Part shown: one piece after another, positions 1 to 13,527 of the stretch
Position numbering within the stretch: the stretch's first letter is position 1
How the letters are laid out: every line of letters begins with the position of its first letter
Assembly: GCA_964016885.1 (NCBI GenBank)
Contig: OZ024741.1
Coordinates: forward strand, 349,742,001 to 349,806,000
Direction of reading: 5' to 3'
DNA: 64,000 bases
Source: Eledone cirrhosa
Lineage: Eukaryota
Translations under genes and position numbers: made by a program
The notes under the pieces: model-generated
Database searches by the model: none
Seen by the model: only the letters and a program-made list of their open reading frames with translations
Told to the model about the DNA's origin: nothing

Positions 1-367
1 AAAATAGAAGGAAAAAGGGGAAAAGGGAAGAAAGGGGAAAACAGCGAAAAAAACAACAAACCGAAGAATGTGTAGCAACTGAAGGCAAGAGAATCCAAGA
101 CCACAGCGGTAACAGAACTTAAGTTTGAGAGCGTGTGATCGAACGAAAACAGACACGACTGGCCCAAGCGAGTGTGAGTGAGAAAAAGACTGCTAGAAAG
201 TCAGGCGAGGGAAACAATGAGGTGGCAGACAGAGAAAGGGTGGGTGAAAGTGAGAGGGAGAAAGGGAGAGGAAGAAAGAGGGAGGAAGAGTAGGGAGTAA
301 CGAAATAGGTAGGTAAAGGAAGAGAGAAGACGGGTCACAATATATATTTTATATATTTATATATATA

Positions 368-559
368 AATTTGCACTCAGTGCCCCTGTGGGAGCCCCTG
401 CACGGACACACAAGAAGAGGGGGACCGAGGTTGACATATGTTGATGCCCTAAGGACAGACACAGGTCTCTTGGACACACAGGACATGGCAGCGATGATGA
501 GGGACAGAGACAGCTGGAAAGAACTCGTCTATGGATCTCGGGAATTTTACCCGCCCTAG
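368..559 (+). mobile_element. RTE-clade LINE ORF2 C-terminal fragment
   Basis: Translation LWEPLHGHTRRGGPRLTYVDALRTDTG...MRDRDSWKELV matches the typical RTE C-terminus (W-x-P...RGRP...Y-x-D...DR-x-x-W); flanked by TA repeats. Confidence 0.7.
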
Positions 560-608
560 ATATATATATAAACACATTATAAACACACACACACATATAT
601 ATATATAT

Positions 609-697
<89 letters not shown>

Positions 698-723
698 GTA
701 GCAGCTTGTTATGAAGCTTTATT

Positions 724-811
724 GCATATTACAATTGTTTCGATATCGATCAGCTCAGGTTTGATCGGACGTTCGGATCCCGACACTTAATTGACACTTC
801 TTCAGATATGC
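724..811 (-). ncRNA. Type I hammerhead ribozyme with extended stem II (PLE-type)
   Basis: Minus strand: stem I GCAUAU/AUAUGC, core CUGAAGA (799-805), about 57-nt paired stem II, GAAA-C-AAUU-G-UA. A degenerate copy of the family lies at about 3401-3490. Confidence 0.75.
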
Positions 812-1116
812 GAGATTACATTGGCGTGGAGAGGGGAGACCGGCATGCACGGGTGACGGTTGATCTTCCCATTCAATTCCTCATCTGTCTCTCATTAGTA
901 TTTTTCTTAATTCTTGCTTCATTAACAAACCTAAGCAACAAAGAATCTACCTAAACATCCGATCAACGTTGGTTGGATTCATTTGGGAGTCGATAGATTA
1001 GAAGTGAGTTCGGTTTATTCAACTGCACCTTTTCTACAACATAATCTTATGCCCACATTTGTTTAAGAAGTCAAAAAATATATTTTGGGATGTATTATTA
1101 TTATTTACTACTATTA

Positions 1117-1305
1117 GGGCGTGGATTGGCAGTATCGGTAGAGGGTCGGACGCCGTGCTTTGCAGCATAGAGTTACGGCCCTTTATGATCTGAGTTCAAA
1201 TCCCCCCAAGTTTAACTTTGTCTTTCATCGTTACGGGGTCGATAAAATAAAGTACCAGTAATGTACTGGGTAATTGCTGGCCTTGTGCCTAAAGTAGAAA
1301 CAATT
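1117..1305 (+). mobile_element. tRNA-derived SINE family 1
   Basis: A-box-like tggcagtatcggta, B-box gagttcaaatc, central tttcatcgttacggggtcgataaaataaagtaccag, 3' ggccttgtgcctaaagtagaaaca; more than 10 copies in the window. Confidence 0.85.
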
Positions 1306-1446
1306 ATTTTTTTATTTATCTTTATTTATTTATTTATTTATTTATTTATTTGTCTTAGACTAACACTAAATATAATTAAACCAGTTTAACCAGTTCCGAA
1401 ATTGCATTATTACTTTTATTAGTATTTAAATTATTATTATATTTTT

Positions 1447-1658
1447 GGATTGGCAATATCGGTAGAGGGTCGGACACTATGCTTTGACGCATAGAGTTAC
1501 GCCCCTTGCCATTCTGAGTTCAAATCGCGCCGAGGTTAACTTTGCCTTTCATCCTTACGGGGTCGATAAAATAAAGTACCAGTCACGAACTGGGGTCGAT
1601 TCAATCGACTTTCCCCTCCGCCAAAATTGCTGGCCTTGTGCCTATATAAGAAACAATT
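1447..1658 (+). mobile_element. SINE family 1 copy
   Basis: Same A/B boxes and central domain as 1117-1305. Confidence 0.85.
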
Positions 1659-2034
1659 ATTATTATTATTATTGTTATTGTTGTTGTAGTTTCTGATGTT
1701 GATGGTTATTGTTTTTGTTGTTGTTTTTGATGTGACTATAATCGTTGTTAGTTTTGTTGTTCTTGTTGTTTTTGTTATTATCGGTTAAATTACTTTTGTT
1801 GGCATTGTTCATTAATGATCGGCATTTGAAAAGTCGACCGAGTCAATATTCGTTTGTATTATTTATTTATTTATGTATAATAAAGAAAGCATTATTTATT
1901 TATTTATTCACCCATTCATTGATTCTTTTGAGAAAGTTTAAGTTGTTCAGGTTTAAGTAAGTCTTCCGAAAGTTTCGTTGTCGTATCTACATACATGTGT
2001 ATACATACATACATACATACATACATATTTACAT

Positions 2035-2066
<32 letters not shown>

Positions 2067-2174
2067 CACATATATATATATATATAAATATCATATATTA
2101 TATATATATATATATTTAGATATATTTATATATAAATATATATATATATACATATTTCTATGTATATATTTACA

Positions 2175-2210
<36 letters not shown>

Positions 2211-2294
2211 AAACATGAGAAGAAAGAAAAATACTGCGTGGTTATATAATTTACACACATATATATATATATATATATAAATATATACATAGAA

Positions 2295-2396
<102 letters not shown>

Positions 2397-2447
2397 TTCT
2401 ATGTTTATATTTATATGTATATATATATATATATACTTCTATGTATA

Positions 2448-2504
<57 letters not shown>

Positions 2505-2920
2505 TTCTATGTATATATTTATATATATATGTGTGTAAATTATATATATCTATATATATTATATATATATATTCACCCACAAATATATACATATATGAGT
2601 GTGTGTATGTGACAATATAAAACAAACAACAATGGTGATTCATTGTTCGTAAACAATACATGCTAAATCAACAGTGAATTTCTTAAAATAATTCCATAAA
2701 AGTTTGTTTTATTCATCTTCTACAATGACTTTCTTTGCCGTTAACTGAGAATTTCTATACCATTTGCAGTAATGTTTTTTTGTTAATTTTCCCAACGAAT
2801 AAAAAATAGAGAAGTTTTTTAATGTTGTTCACAAGTTTTAATTTCGAAAATCTTTTCAATAATGAATTTCTCATCATTATATATGTACGTCATTATATGT
2901 ATTAGCGTGATTTATATAAG

Positions 2921-3037
<117 letters not shown>

Positions 3038-3137
3038 GTAAACAGAAATAACAACACAATCGGTACAGTATATGGAAGGAATATATTAGGTTAACACTTG
3101 AAATAGCAGGAAGAGGGTCTTAACGTTTCGGACGATA

Positions 3138-3173
<36 letters not shown>

Positions 3174-3202
3174 GAATAGAGATACGGGCACCCACACATT
3201 CA

Positions 3203-3243
<41 letters not shown>

Positions 3244-3245
<2 letters not shown>

Positions 3246-3300
3246 CAAAGAAGGTGCGGTAAGATACCAGGTGGACCATAAGGCACCAGAGTACTCGATA
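3244..3300 (-). mobile_element. Family A (Naiad pLTR) tail-only fragment
   Basis: Similar to 27250-27307; flanked by (TA)n. Confidence 0.75.
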
Positions 3301-3557
3301 TATATATATACAAGGAGAGAGCGAGAGAGAGAGAGAGAAAAAGAGAGAGAGATTTAACAGAGTCGAAGTCAGTGTTGCAGCATGTGCACAAACTTTATAC
3401 CATATTACAATTGCTTCGATATCGATCAGCTCATCAGGGTACAATCAAGGTGACGGAGACTGACACTTTTACGACATCTTCGTTAGATATCCTAGTTTAT
3501 ATGTGCAATGACGCAACTCTACACTACAGCCGTACGTAAAACTACACGTATATATAT

Positions 3558-3660
<103 letters not shown>

Positions 3661-3672
3661 CATATATATATA

Positions 3673-3877
3673 TAGGAAAATGTTTAACCCCGACGGTAGA
3701 GCTCAAGCCGTTTCGACGGCTATTTCTGGACTGAAATAGCAGTCCAGAAATAGCCGTCGAAACGGCTTGAGCTCTGCTGTCGTGGTCAAACACTTTCCTA
3801 TTACCCACTCTACTACCCTAAGTATTGAGTACTCTGGTGCATTATGGTCCATCTGGTTCCTTAACACACCTCCTTCG

Positions 3878-3879
<2 letters not shown>
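3673..3879 (+). mobile_element. Family A fold-back mini-element (Naiad pLTR derivative)
   Basis: About 60-bp inverted arms plus an 80-nt tail homologous to 27250-27390; inserted in (TA)n. Confidence 0.9.
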
Positions 3880-3921
<42 letters not shown>

Positions 3922-4200
3922 AAATGTATATATACATACATGAATACATATATATATATACGTCTATATATGTAAGTATATACATGCACTTACACACACA
4001 CATATATATATATGTATATATACTCACATATAGATATATATGTGCGATTACATTTCCCGCACAACATTTAACTGGAAACGTTATTTATATTTAGAAAGAA
4101 ATGACTAACATTCAAGCACACTCTTCCACATATACATGCACTTATAGACATACATTCATAAATACATTCATCTACACGTATTATATACATAGTCACAATC

Positions 4201-4262
<62 letters not shown>

Positions 4263-4266
<4 letters not shown>

Positions 4267-4621
4267 AGAACAAAGTGTTACATATGAGATTTATTGCTCA
4301 ACCTGATTACAAATGTTTCTCTGAGAGACACCAAGTCTGCCTGATCCTTAGATCAGTGTTAACACAAGAAAAATCATATCAAATCTCATCAAAACTTTTG
4401 TTGTGCTAACACTGGTCTGAGGATCAGGCAGACTTGGAATCCCAGACCAGATTCCAATTCTGCCTGATCCTCAGGAGCCGGCTGCCTTGAGAAACATTTG
4501 TAACCGGGTTCAGCAATAAGTCACATATGTAACACTTTTTTCTTATTATATACAGTCTGTTCTGCATCGAGTGCTGGAATTGGTACTCTCACCAGTTTTC
4601 TTCGGACTTACTGAACCTTTT
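4263..4621 (+). mobile_element. Family D fold-back PLE mini-element in (GT)n/(CA)n; HHR at 4404-4515
   Basis: Inverted arms 4263-4365 and 4400-4548 plus tail. HHR: stem I CUGGU/ACCGG, CUGAGGA 4417-4423, GAAA-C-AUUU-G-UA 4491-4502. Confidence 0.75.
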
Positions 4622-4704
4622 ACACACACACACACACACACTACACACACACATACATATATATATATATATGAAGACCAAAATCCGAAGAGGGCTCGAT
4701 AAGG

Positions 4705-4767
<63 letters not shown>

Positions 4768-4812
4768 AAGTTAAATAAAAAGTCAAAACTTTAAAATTTA
4801 GCTTCGTTTATT

Positions 4813-4867
4813 ACTGCTATATATATTTCAGTGACAGCCATCTTTGGCTGTGACCTCTTCAGGCAGT
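4813..4867 (-). ncRNA. Type I hammerhead ribozyme (family C)
   Basis: ACUGC-CUGAAGA-GGUCACAGCCA-AAGA-UGGCUGUCACU-GAAA-UAUAUAUA-GCAGU, with palindromic minimal stem III; deleted copy at about 22940-23140. Confidence 0.85.
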
Positions 4868-4985
4868 TTGAATTAGTGTGGTATAGACAAGTACATATGT
4901 TGTTGAGGTGTATAATTTTGTCAATACTCTGATATGCCCAGTTCCTGTTTGGGTTGTTATTTCACTGAGGAACTGGAATAATATG

Positions 4986-5016
<31 letters not shown>

Positions 5017-5211
5017 AGATAAATCTACCAAGAGTTTACGGTAGTGTCCAATCCGTATGAAGAACTCAATGTATTCCGGATATCATGGAAAGAAGAGATG
5101 TAATGAAAAATCACTTTCGGTGAAAGATAAACGGTATACAGAGTCAAGATAAAATATTAAACAAATAATGAATAAAACAATGAAACAGTTCCTTATATTA
5201 AACAAAAAAAG

Positions 5212-5365
5212 TTCATTATTTAACGATCGTTTCTAGGATATATATGTGTTAGACTTGGCATGCATATTCAACAGATCTATGTACAAAATTATACAAAATT
5301 ATACAAACTATCAAGATTAAATATACATACCAACACATATATACGCCGTCTTCAGAAATAATGAA
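5212..5365 (-). ncRNA. Type I hammerhead ribozyme with 115-nt stem II
   Basis: 10-bp perfect stem I UUCAUUAUUU/AAAUAAUGAA, CUGAAGA (5349-5355), 15-bp stem II helix, GAAA-C-GAUC-G-UU. Confidence 0.8.
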
Positions 5366-5981
5366 ATATATTTATTGATAATAACAACAATTCAAAATTT
5401 CAGGTCCGTTTGGGAACAAAATTGACCAATGAAAATACAAAAGGTTTTATGCAATTCGGTGTGTGTATATACATGTAACTACCCTTACACATATTTTACA
5501 AAAATGTATGCTCAACATGTATACGCATACCAAAAGGATGGATGCAAATACAAAATTTCAAGGTTAATGTCTCTGTAAGTTTATAATGCACAGATAAGAT
5601 GCGTATAGACACATAAATATGAAATAAGTGTATACACATATTCTCATACTCACACATATCCGTACAATCACACACGCGCGCGCGTATATGCATAAACATA
5701 CACATAATTACGAACATACAAACACACACACACCCCCACTCACATATATATATGTGGATATAATATCATAAGCACATGGATATTAATTCACTCACATAAA
5801 CACTGCCACACACATTTAGATCAAGATACAGAAATTAGGTGGGAGGGGGGGAGAGGTCAGTATTCAACGGTTTGGGCAGACTGCTTATTATAGATGTATC
5901 TATAAACTAAGAAAATAAAAAATAAAAATTAAAAAGGAAAGAAAAGAAAAAGAAAAAAGAAAAAAGAAATATATCAAGAAA

Positions 5982-5984
<3 letters not shown>

Positions 5985-6055
<71 letters not shown>

Positions 6056-6148
6056 ACATACATATACACACATCCACACTTAGAACATACATACACACAC
6101 ATATATAAACATATACATATACACACATACACACATATACACACATAC

Positions 6149-6195
<47 letters not shown>

Positions 6196-6494
6196 TACAC
6201 ATATAATCACACATACTATATAGACACACATATATATACACACATACACGCACATATACATACACATACATACTTATATACATACAGATATACACATACA
6301 TACCTATATATACACACAAATACATACAGACATACATACATACATACACACAAATACTTACGCATCCATATATCGGTATATACATACAAACACCACTACA
6401 CTCTCACACAACTCAGACATACAAAGAAAAAGGTATATACCTATACACATATACATATACAAATAGAGATACATATACATATATATATATATAT

Positions 6495-6529
<35 letters not shown>

Positions 6530-6719
6530 CACATATACACACATATACATACATACACATACATACATGTACACACACATACATATACATACATACACAC
6601 ATACACACATACATATATAGTCATACACACACATACACCTACACGAACATACACATACACATATATAAAGATATATATACACACACACACATACACACAC
6701 ACACATATATATAAAATAA

Positions 6720-6776
<57 letters not shown>

Positions 6777-7103
6777 CATATACATACACACATACATAGA
6801 CATATATGTACATACATACACATACATACATACATACACACACATATATACATATATATACACACATAGACACATACATACATACACACACAACATACAT
6901 ACACACACATATATACTCATACATAGAATTAGATATATATACATACATACATACGCACTTACATATACTCATATATACAAATACATACGCATCCATATAT
7001 GCGTATATACATACAAACACCACTACACCCTCACACAACTCAGACATACAAAGAAAAAGGCACATACATATACATATATACACGCATTAATAGAGATATA
7101 TAT

Positions 7104-7142
<39 letters not shown>

Positions 7143-7350
7143 CATTTATATATATACACCCACACACACATACAACCATAAACACACATACAAACACACA
7201 CATACAATATATATACACATACATATATATACACACACACAAAAAACAGACATACACATATATATTTTTTTACACATATATATACACATATATATACATA
7301 TACACACCCTCACATATACACACATACACATAAGTTATATTATAATAATA

Positions 7351-7397
<47 letters not shown>

Positions 7398-7638
7398 CGA
7401 ATATAGACATATATACACACATAGATATATACATATATATACACATATACACACACACACACACACACTCACATATATATGTGCGCACATGTACATATAT
7501 ACACATACACACATATACACGTAAACACATACATGTGCATACATGCACACACACACATATACCCACATAGATACGAAGATAGACATATAAATAGAGAGAC
7601 ATACATATATATACACACACATATATACATACATACAT

Positions 7639-7681
<43 letters not shown>

Positions 7682-7810
7682 CACACATACACGCCCACAC
7701 ACATATACACATATACACATATATATACATACACACATACACATACACATATATATACACATGCATATATACACATATATATATACATACACACATATAT
7801 ATACACACAA
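5985..7810. repeat. Compound (TA/CA/TACA)n microsatellite with an internal duplication
   Basis: Low-complexity tract; the unique segment at about 6359-6440 recurs at about 6986-7065. Confidence 0.9.
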
Positions 7811-8376
7811 TCTTACATTCTTATTTGCATGCGCATATATGTATTTTTATATTCAGATATAAATACCCAAACATATATACACCTACCTACATATATATTC
7901 ATACATACACGCTTACAAACACAGATGATAATAGTATGGGGGAAAGGGGGGGGGGGTTGGAGAAGGGGATTATAGTAAATATATGTTTCAAGAAACATAG
8001 AATATTATCTGTATCTGGATCCAATGTATGTTTTTACATAGTTTCAGTGTTAGGAAATACAAGAAATAAGGCAAAATTTATGCATTTCAAAATAAATAAG
8101 TATACCATTAATTATATGTTAACTAAACTAAAGATAGTTAACATATTGAATTCTAAGGTGTAAATTAGTTAGGTTTATAATATTTGAAGCAGAATTTTGA
8201 AGTTAAATAGTAGTAGAGTATTAATTATAGTATAACTAAATTAAAGTTAATAACGTTATGGTATCAATATTAGGAAATGAATTTAGTAATAGGGAAAAAA
8301 CAAATAAAGTATTACATCGGTAGTAGAATATAAATTATAGGTTAACTAAATTAAAAATTATATATTAATTTCCATA

Positions 8377-8420
<44 letters not shown>

Positions 8421-8422
<2 letters not shown>

Positions 8423-8575
8423 AAATAACAGATTCAAGTTTAAGCAAAGAATCGTTGCTTTCACCCTTAACGGGATGTTCTGAAACATTTGCGCTATGGT
8501 TTTTATATATTTGATATATATTTATCCTTATCGAGCCTTCTTTGGATTTTAGTCTTCTCATTTATTATTATTGCT
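8421..8575. mobile_element. Family B fold-back PLE mini-element
   Basis: Homologous to 22662-22855; in (TA)n. Confidence 0.75.
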
Positions 8576-8889
8576 ATATATATATATATACATATATATG
8601 AATTATTAGTACAAATTAAAGTAAACATTGATGCAATGCAATTCAATTGTATATATGAACTACAGTCACTCATGAGATTAACAGAATGTGTGATGAAAGC
8701 TTTGACAATGTATAAACAACCAGGCGGTTATCGATCCAATCAACCAACCGGAATTTTTTTATAAATTGAAGTGAAAACCAACAGGTGCGTGTGTTTTTAT
8801 TGGCAGCATGACCCTCCCAAAGTATAATAATATCTGTTTCAACACACGTTTTCAGATAAGAAATCTTGCAAAACAAATTATAAAACGAA

Positions 8890-8962
<73 letters not shown>

Positions 8963-8965
<3 letters not shown>

Positions 8966-9170
8966 TAATAATAATAAATGTGAAGACTAAAATCCAAAGA
9001 GGGCTCGATAAGGATAAATATATATAAAATATGTAAGAACCCTAGAGCAAATATTTATTAAAATAACAGATTAAAGTTTAAGCAAAGAATCACCCTTAAC
9101 GGGAGTTTCAGAATATACCGATATGGGTGAAAGCAGCGATTCTTTGCTTAAACTTTAATCTGTTATTTTA

Positions 9171-9178
<8 letters not shown>
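8963..9178. mobile_element. Family B fold-back PLE mini-element
   Basis: Tail, arm and inverted arm ending ...gttattttaataaatat(AT)n. Confidence 0.8.
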
Positions 9179-9258
<80 letters not shown>

Positions 9259-9348
9259 GGCTCTTATAATTCTTCAGTGGGTGCCCAATAATATTAATAT
9301 TGATAACCAAATCAACATCATTATTTAGCGATAAAAAGGCGATAAAAA

Positions 9349-9535
9349 GGCGGTGAATTGGCAGTATCGGTAGAGGGTCGGACGCCATGCTTTCCAGCAT
9401 AGTTACGTCCCTTTACGATCTGAGTTCAAATCCCGCCGAGGTTGACTTTGCCTTTCATCCTTACGGGGTCGATAAAATAAAGTACCAGTCATGAACTGGG
9501 TAATTGCTGGCCTTGTGCCTAAAAGTAGAAACAAT
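9349..9535 (+). mobile_element. SINE family 1 copy with 15-bp TSD
   Basis: TSD attatttagcgataa at 9320-9334 and 9534-9548. Confidence 0.9.
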
Positions 9536-10034
9536 TATTTAGCGATAATCACCATCAGTTCTTGAGGGAGCTGCTAAGTTGTTAGTCCAGCAGTTCTAAA
9601 GAAAATCTCACACTGTCTCAAAAATAGGAGGAAGGAGACTACCGCCACAAAACAATATATGCGCAGAATTCAAGCCAATTGGATATGAAAAAATAACCAT
9701 ATGTGCGCATCGCTTGGTGGCACACATAGATATTTTCTCGGGCAAAATAACAGAATGAGATACAAGAACAAACAATCAGTATTCATACAAAAAATAAACA
9801 AAGAGAGTCATAACTTATATCGGGAAAGTTCATATCTGTTGCTCCAAGAGTAAATATATAAATACATAATCGGAGAAAGCTAATAGCGATACTCCGGGAA
9901 AATTCCATCTCACTCAACAAACATTAGGAAATACCTGAGTATATTCCTAATTAAACGTTCGGGGTGCTAACTAATTGTATTGTGTGGAAAATTGGCTGTA
10001 TCATTTCATATGAGATATATGAAATATATCTCTT

Positions 10035-10157
10035 CCCAGACGACTCGTTTCACTATAAGATTTCTATAAGTTGAGTGAAATTATACCAATTTATGTAGAA
10101 GCTTTTATAAGATCAACAGATACTTATTCAAGTGGGCTCTTATAATTCTTCAGTGGG
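10035..10157 (-). ncRNA. Type I hammerhead ribozyme with 95-nt stem II
   Basis: Stem I CCCA/UGGG, CUGAAGA (10147-10153), stem II base AUUAUAAGA/UCUUAUAGU, GAAA-CG-AGU-CG-UC (GUC triplet). Confidence 0.75.
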
Positions 10158-10486
10158 TGCCCAATAATATTAATATATATATAAAGACTTATATATCTAT
10201 AAAGATTTTACCTGTTTTAAACTAGTAAGAACATTAGTCATAAGAGTACTCGATACTTGGGATGGGAGAGAGGGACTATGTTAGAAAGAGTCGAGGCTCA
10301 ATCGTTTGGCTCTTGCCGTTTCGACAGCTAGTTCCAACCTGGTGTGTGTGCGCGTGTGTGTGTGCGTGCGTGCGTGTGTGTGTGCGTGCGTGTGTGTGTG
10401 CACTGAACAATGAAAATAAAACTAAATTTGAAGCATCATTGAGTTCTAACAATGCTATCGGCCCCACAATAAACAGGTGGATAGCA

Positions 10487-10522
<36 letters not shown>

Positions 10523-10524
<2 letters not shown>

Positions 10525-10685
10525 CGAAGGAAGTGTGGTAAGGAACCAGTTGGACCATAACGCACCAGAGTACTCAATACTTAGGGTAGTAGAGTGGGTA
10601 ATAGGAAAATGTATAACCCCGACGGCAGAGCTCAAGCCGTTTCGACGGCTATTTCTAGAAATACCCGTCGAAACGGCTTTTCCTA
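10523..10685 (-). mobile_element. Family A fold-back mini-element
   Basis: Tail plus inverted arms; in (TA)n. Confidence 0.9.
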
Positions 10686-10703
10686 TATATAATATATATA
10701 TCC

Positions 10704-10734
<31 letters not shown>

Positions 10735-11170
10735 ATATATATGTGTGTGTGTGTGTGTGTGTGCAGGTATGTATATATGTGTGTGTGTGTTGTAAATATC
10801 ATGTACTAGAAAGTAGATGGCTCTTGATTGAATATGTATGAATTGACAGATATATATGGGCGTCAGTGTATGCATATATTAGAGTGTGGCTGTGAAGAAA
10901 TATGCGCATGTCTCAGTGTGTGTAAATTTAACATATAGATGTATGTAATCAGTAGTAAAATTGTGCAATTATATAAGAATCTGTTACTAATCTGCATATA
11001 AAAGACATACAAACATCACACACGCATTCACAAATGTATATATATATATATGTCTATAATTATATAATGTATATGCATACATATATATACATATATTTAT
11101 ATATACTTGCATATATATGCATATGTGCATTTATAATATATGCATATATATATATATATATACAAATACT

Positions 11171-11270
<100 letters not shown>

Positions 11271-11332
11271 CATATATATATACATATATATATATACATA
11301 TATATATATATACATATATATATATATGTGTG

Positions 11333-11392
<60 letters not shown>

Positions 11393-11422
11393 TATATATA
11401 TATATACACACATATATATATG

Positions 11423-11454
<32 letters not shown>

Positions 11455-11487
11455 TATATACAAACACACACACACATATACAGATAT

Positions 11488-11553
<66 letters not shown>

Positions 11554-11922
11554 GTGTGTCTTTATTTCCGTGTGAATTTAATTTTTTGTTTATAAACACA
11601 CATTCATACCAACCTACAAGCAAACATACATATATACATACATACAAACATACTTACATACATACATACATACATACATACGTACATACATACATACATA
11701 CATACATACATACATACATACATACATACATACATACATACATACAGATTCATGGAAATAAATAGTCAAATATACACCACACTTTTTTTATAGATCCACC
11801 CACATATCCGTCTGTTTACATCTTGGCAAAGCCACCCAACCACACATATATACACGTGAGGCATTGACTATTTTTGGAGAATCGAGAAGATACCCGCGTC
11901 TGAAATTGTATATGTATATGTG

Positions 11923-12230
11923 TAGGAAAATGTTTAACCCCGACGGCAGAGCTCAAGCCATTTCGACGGCTATTTCTGGACTGTAGATATATGTAATCAG
12001 TATTGAAATCTGCATATAAAAGACATATACAAACTTCGCACACGCATTCACAAATATATATATATATGTCTTTAATTATATAATGTATATACATACAGTC
12101 CAGAAATAGCCGTCGAAACGGCTTGAGCTCTGCCGCCGAGGTTAAACATTTTCCTATTACCCACTCTACTACCCTAAGTATTGAGTACTCTGGTGCGTTA
12201 TGGTCCATCTGGTTCCTTATCACACCTTCT

Positions 12231-12235
<5 letters not shown>
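11923..12235 (+). mobile_element. Family A mini-element with about 110 bp of local DNA between the arms
   Basis: Arms at 11923-11983 and 12096-12235; spacer resembles 10936-11077. Confidence 0.85.
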
Positions 12236-12278
<43 letters not shown>

Positions 12279-12335
12279 CATATATATATATATGTATGTA
12301 TATATGGGTATATATATGTGTGTGCGTATATATAC

Positions 12336-12431
<96 letters not shown>

Positions 12432-12889
12432 AAAAATTGAACAGGGACAGAACAGAGAGGCAGTACGACAAATGTTTATTAGATTCACGCTCAGGAGAGT
12501 GGGGGGTAGGTGGAGGACGACGTTTCGGGCATAATATATATATAACATATATATATATATAAGAAGGTAGTACAGCATAATCGAAGCTCTGGTTGCGAGC
12601 AAGCTAACAAATACTGTAGAGTTATAACATTACGATTTAAATCCTTTACACAAACCGAATAAAAGTTCTCAACTAGATGTTATTAAATAAACATAAACAA
12701 TTAACCAATCAATAGATTTGTCTAATTAAATTAATCAATTAATCATTAAGTCTAGGAGATAATAATACAAGAAGGTAGTACAGCATAATCGAAGCTCTGG
12801 TTGCGAGCAAGCTAACCAATTCTGTTGGGAAGTGAAGCCAAAAGCACTCAATAAGGATTTTTACCTTAGAGTTATAATATATATATATA

Positions 12890-13477
12890 TACATAAGAGA
12901 GGCAAGCGAAATAGAGCTTAGAAGGCCAAAGCTAAACAGAAAAAATGAATGACAACAACACCCAAACAACACCCAAACAATACTGACTTAAGAGAAATAT
13001 AAATAAATAAATATATAAATATATATACACAAGCACAATAACAACAAACACATATAAACACACACTAGTAAACTGAGATAGAATACAATAACCAAAATAC
13101 AGTCACCCAAATGCGAACATACACCAAACACTATACACACACGCAAACGCATGCGCAGAGAAGAAGACAAAAATAAATAAATAAATAAACAGATAAAATA
13201 AAAATGGCGTAGACATACAATACAACAGGAGTAACATAATAGTACCACTGGTTATGTTGCATATGTGCAACGAAAGAACTTTGTTAGACTATATATATGT
13301 GTTTATATCTATATTATATCTGTAATTTTGACCGTTGGTCAATGATAAACATTGAGGACCAAATGAATTAACTGTGGAGATATAAATGATACAGAAGCGA
13401 AAACCAACCAAACAGTGAGTGTATTCTGTTATTATTTCTGGCAATATTATTACAACAATATGAATCTCCCCAATTAT

Positions 13478-13485
<8 letters not shown>
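12890..13485 (+). mobile_element. Family E PLE 3' UTR/pLTR copy (degenerate HHR about 13237-13291)
   Basis: Reverse-complement homology to 63040-63570; stem II GUUGCA/UGCAAC followed by GAAAGAACUU; core decayed to CUGGUUA. Confidence 0.75.

Positions 13486-13527
<42 letters not shown>

Larger units (their letters stand above)
9255..10176 (-). mobile_element. Non-coding retrozyme-like unit with 46-bp terminal direct repeat and HHR
   Basis: Identical 46-mer at 9255-9300 and 10131-10176; HHR at 10035-10157; flanked by TA repeats. Confidence 0.7.

Noticed and set aside
8665-8706. HHR-like GUCA-CUCAUGA...GAAAGCUU-UGAC
   Set aside because: Essential G5 is changed and stems are short; at most a decayed remnant.
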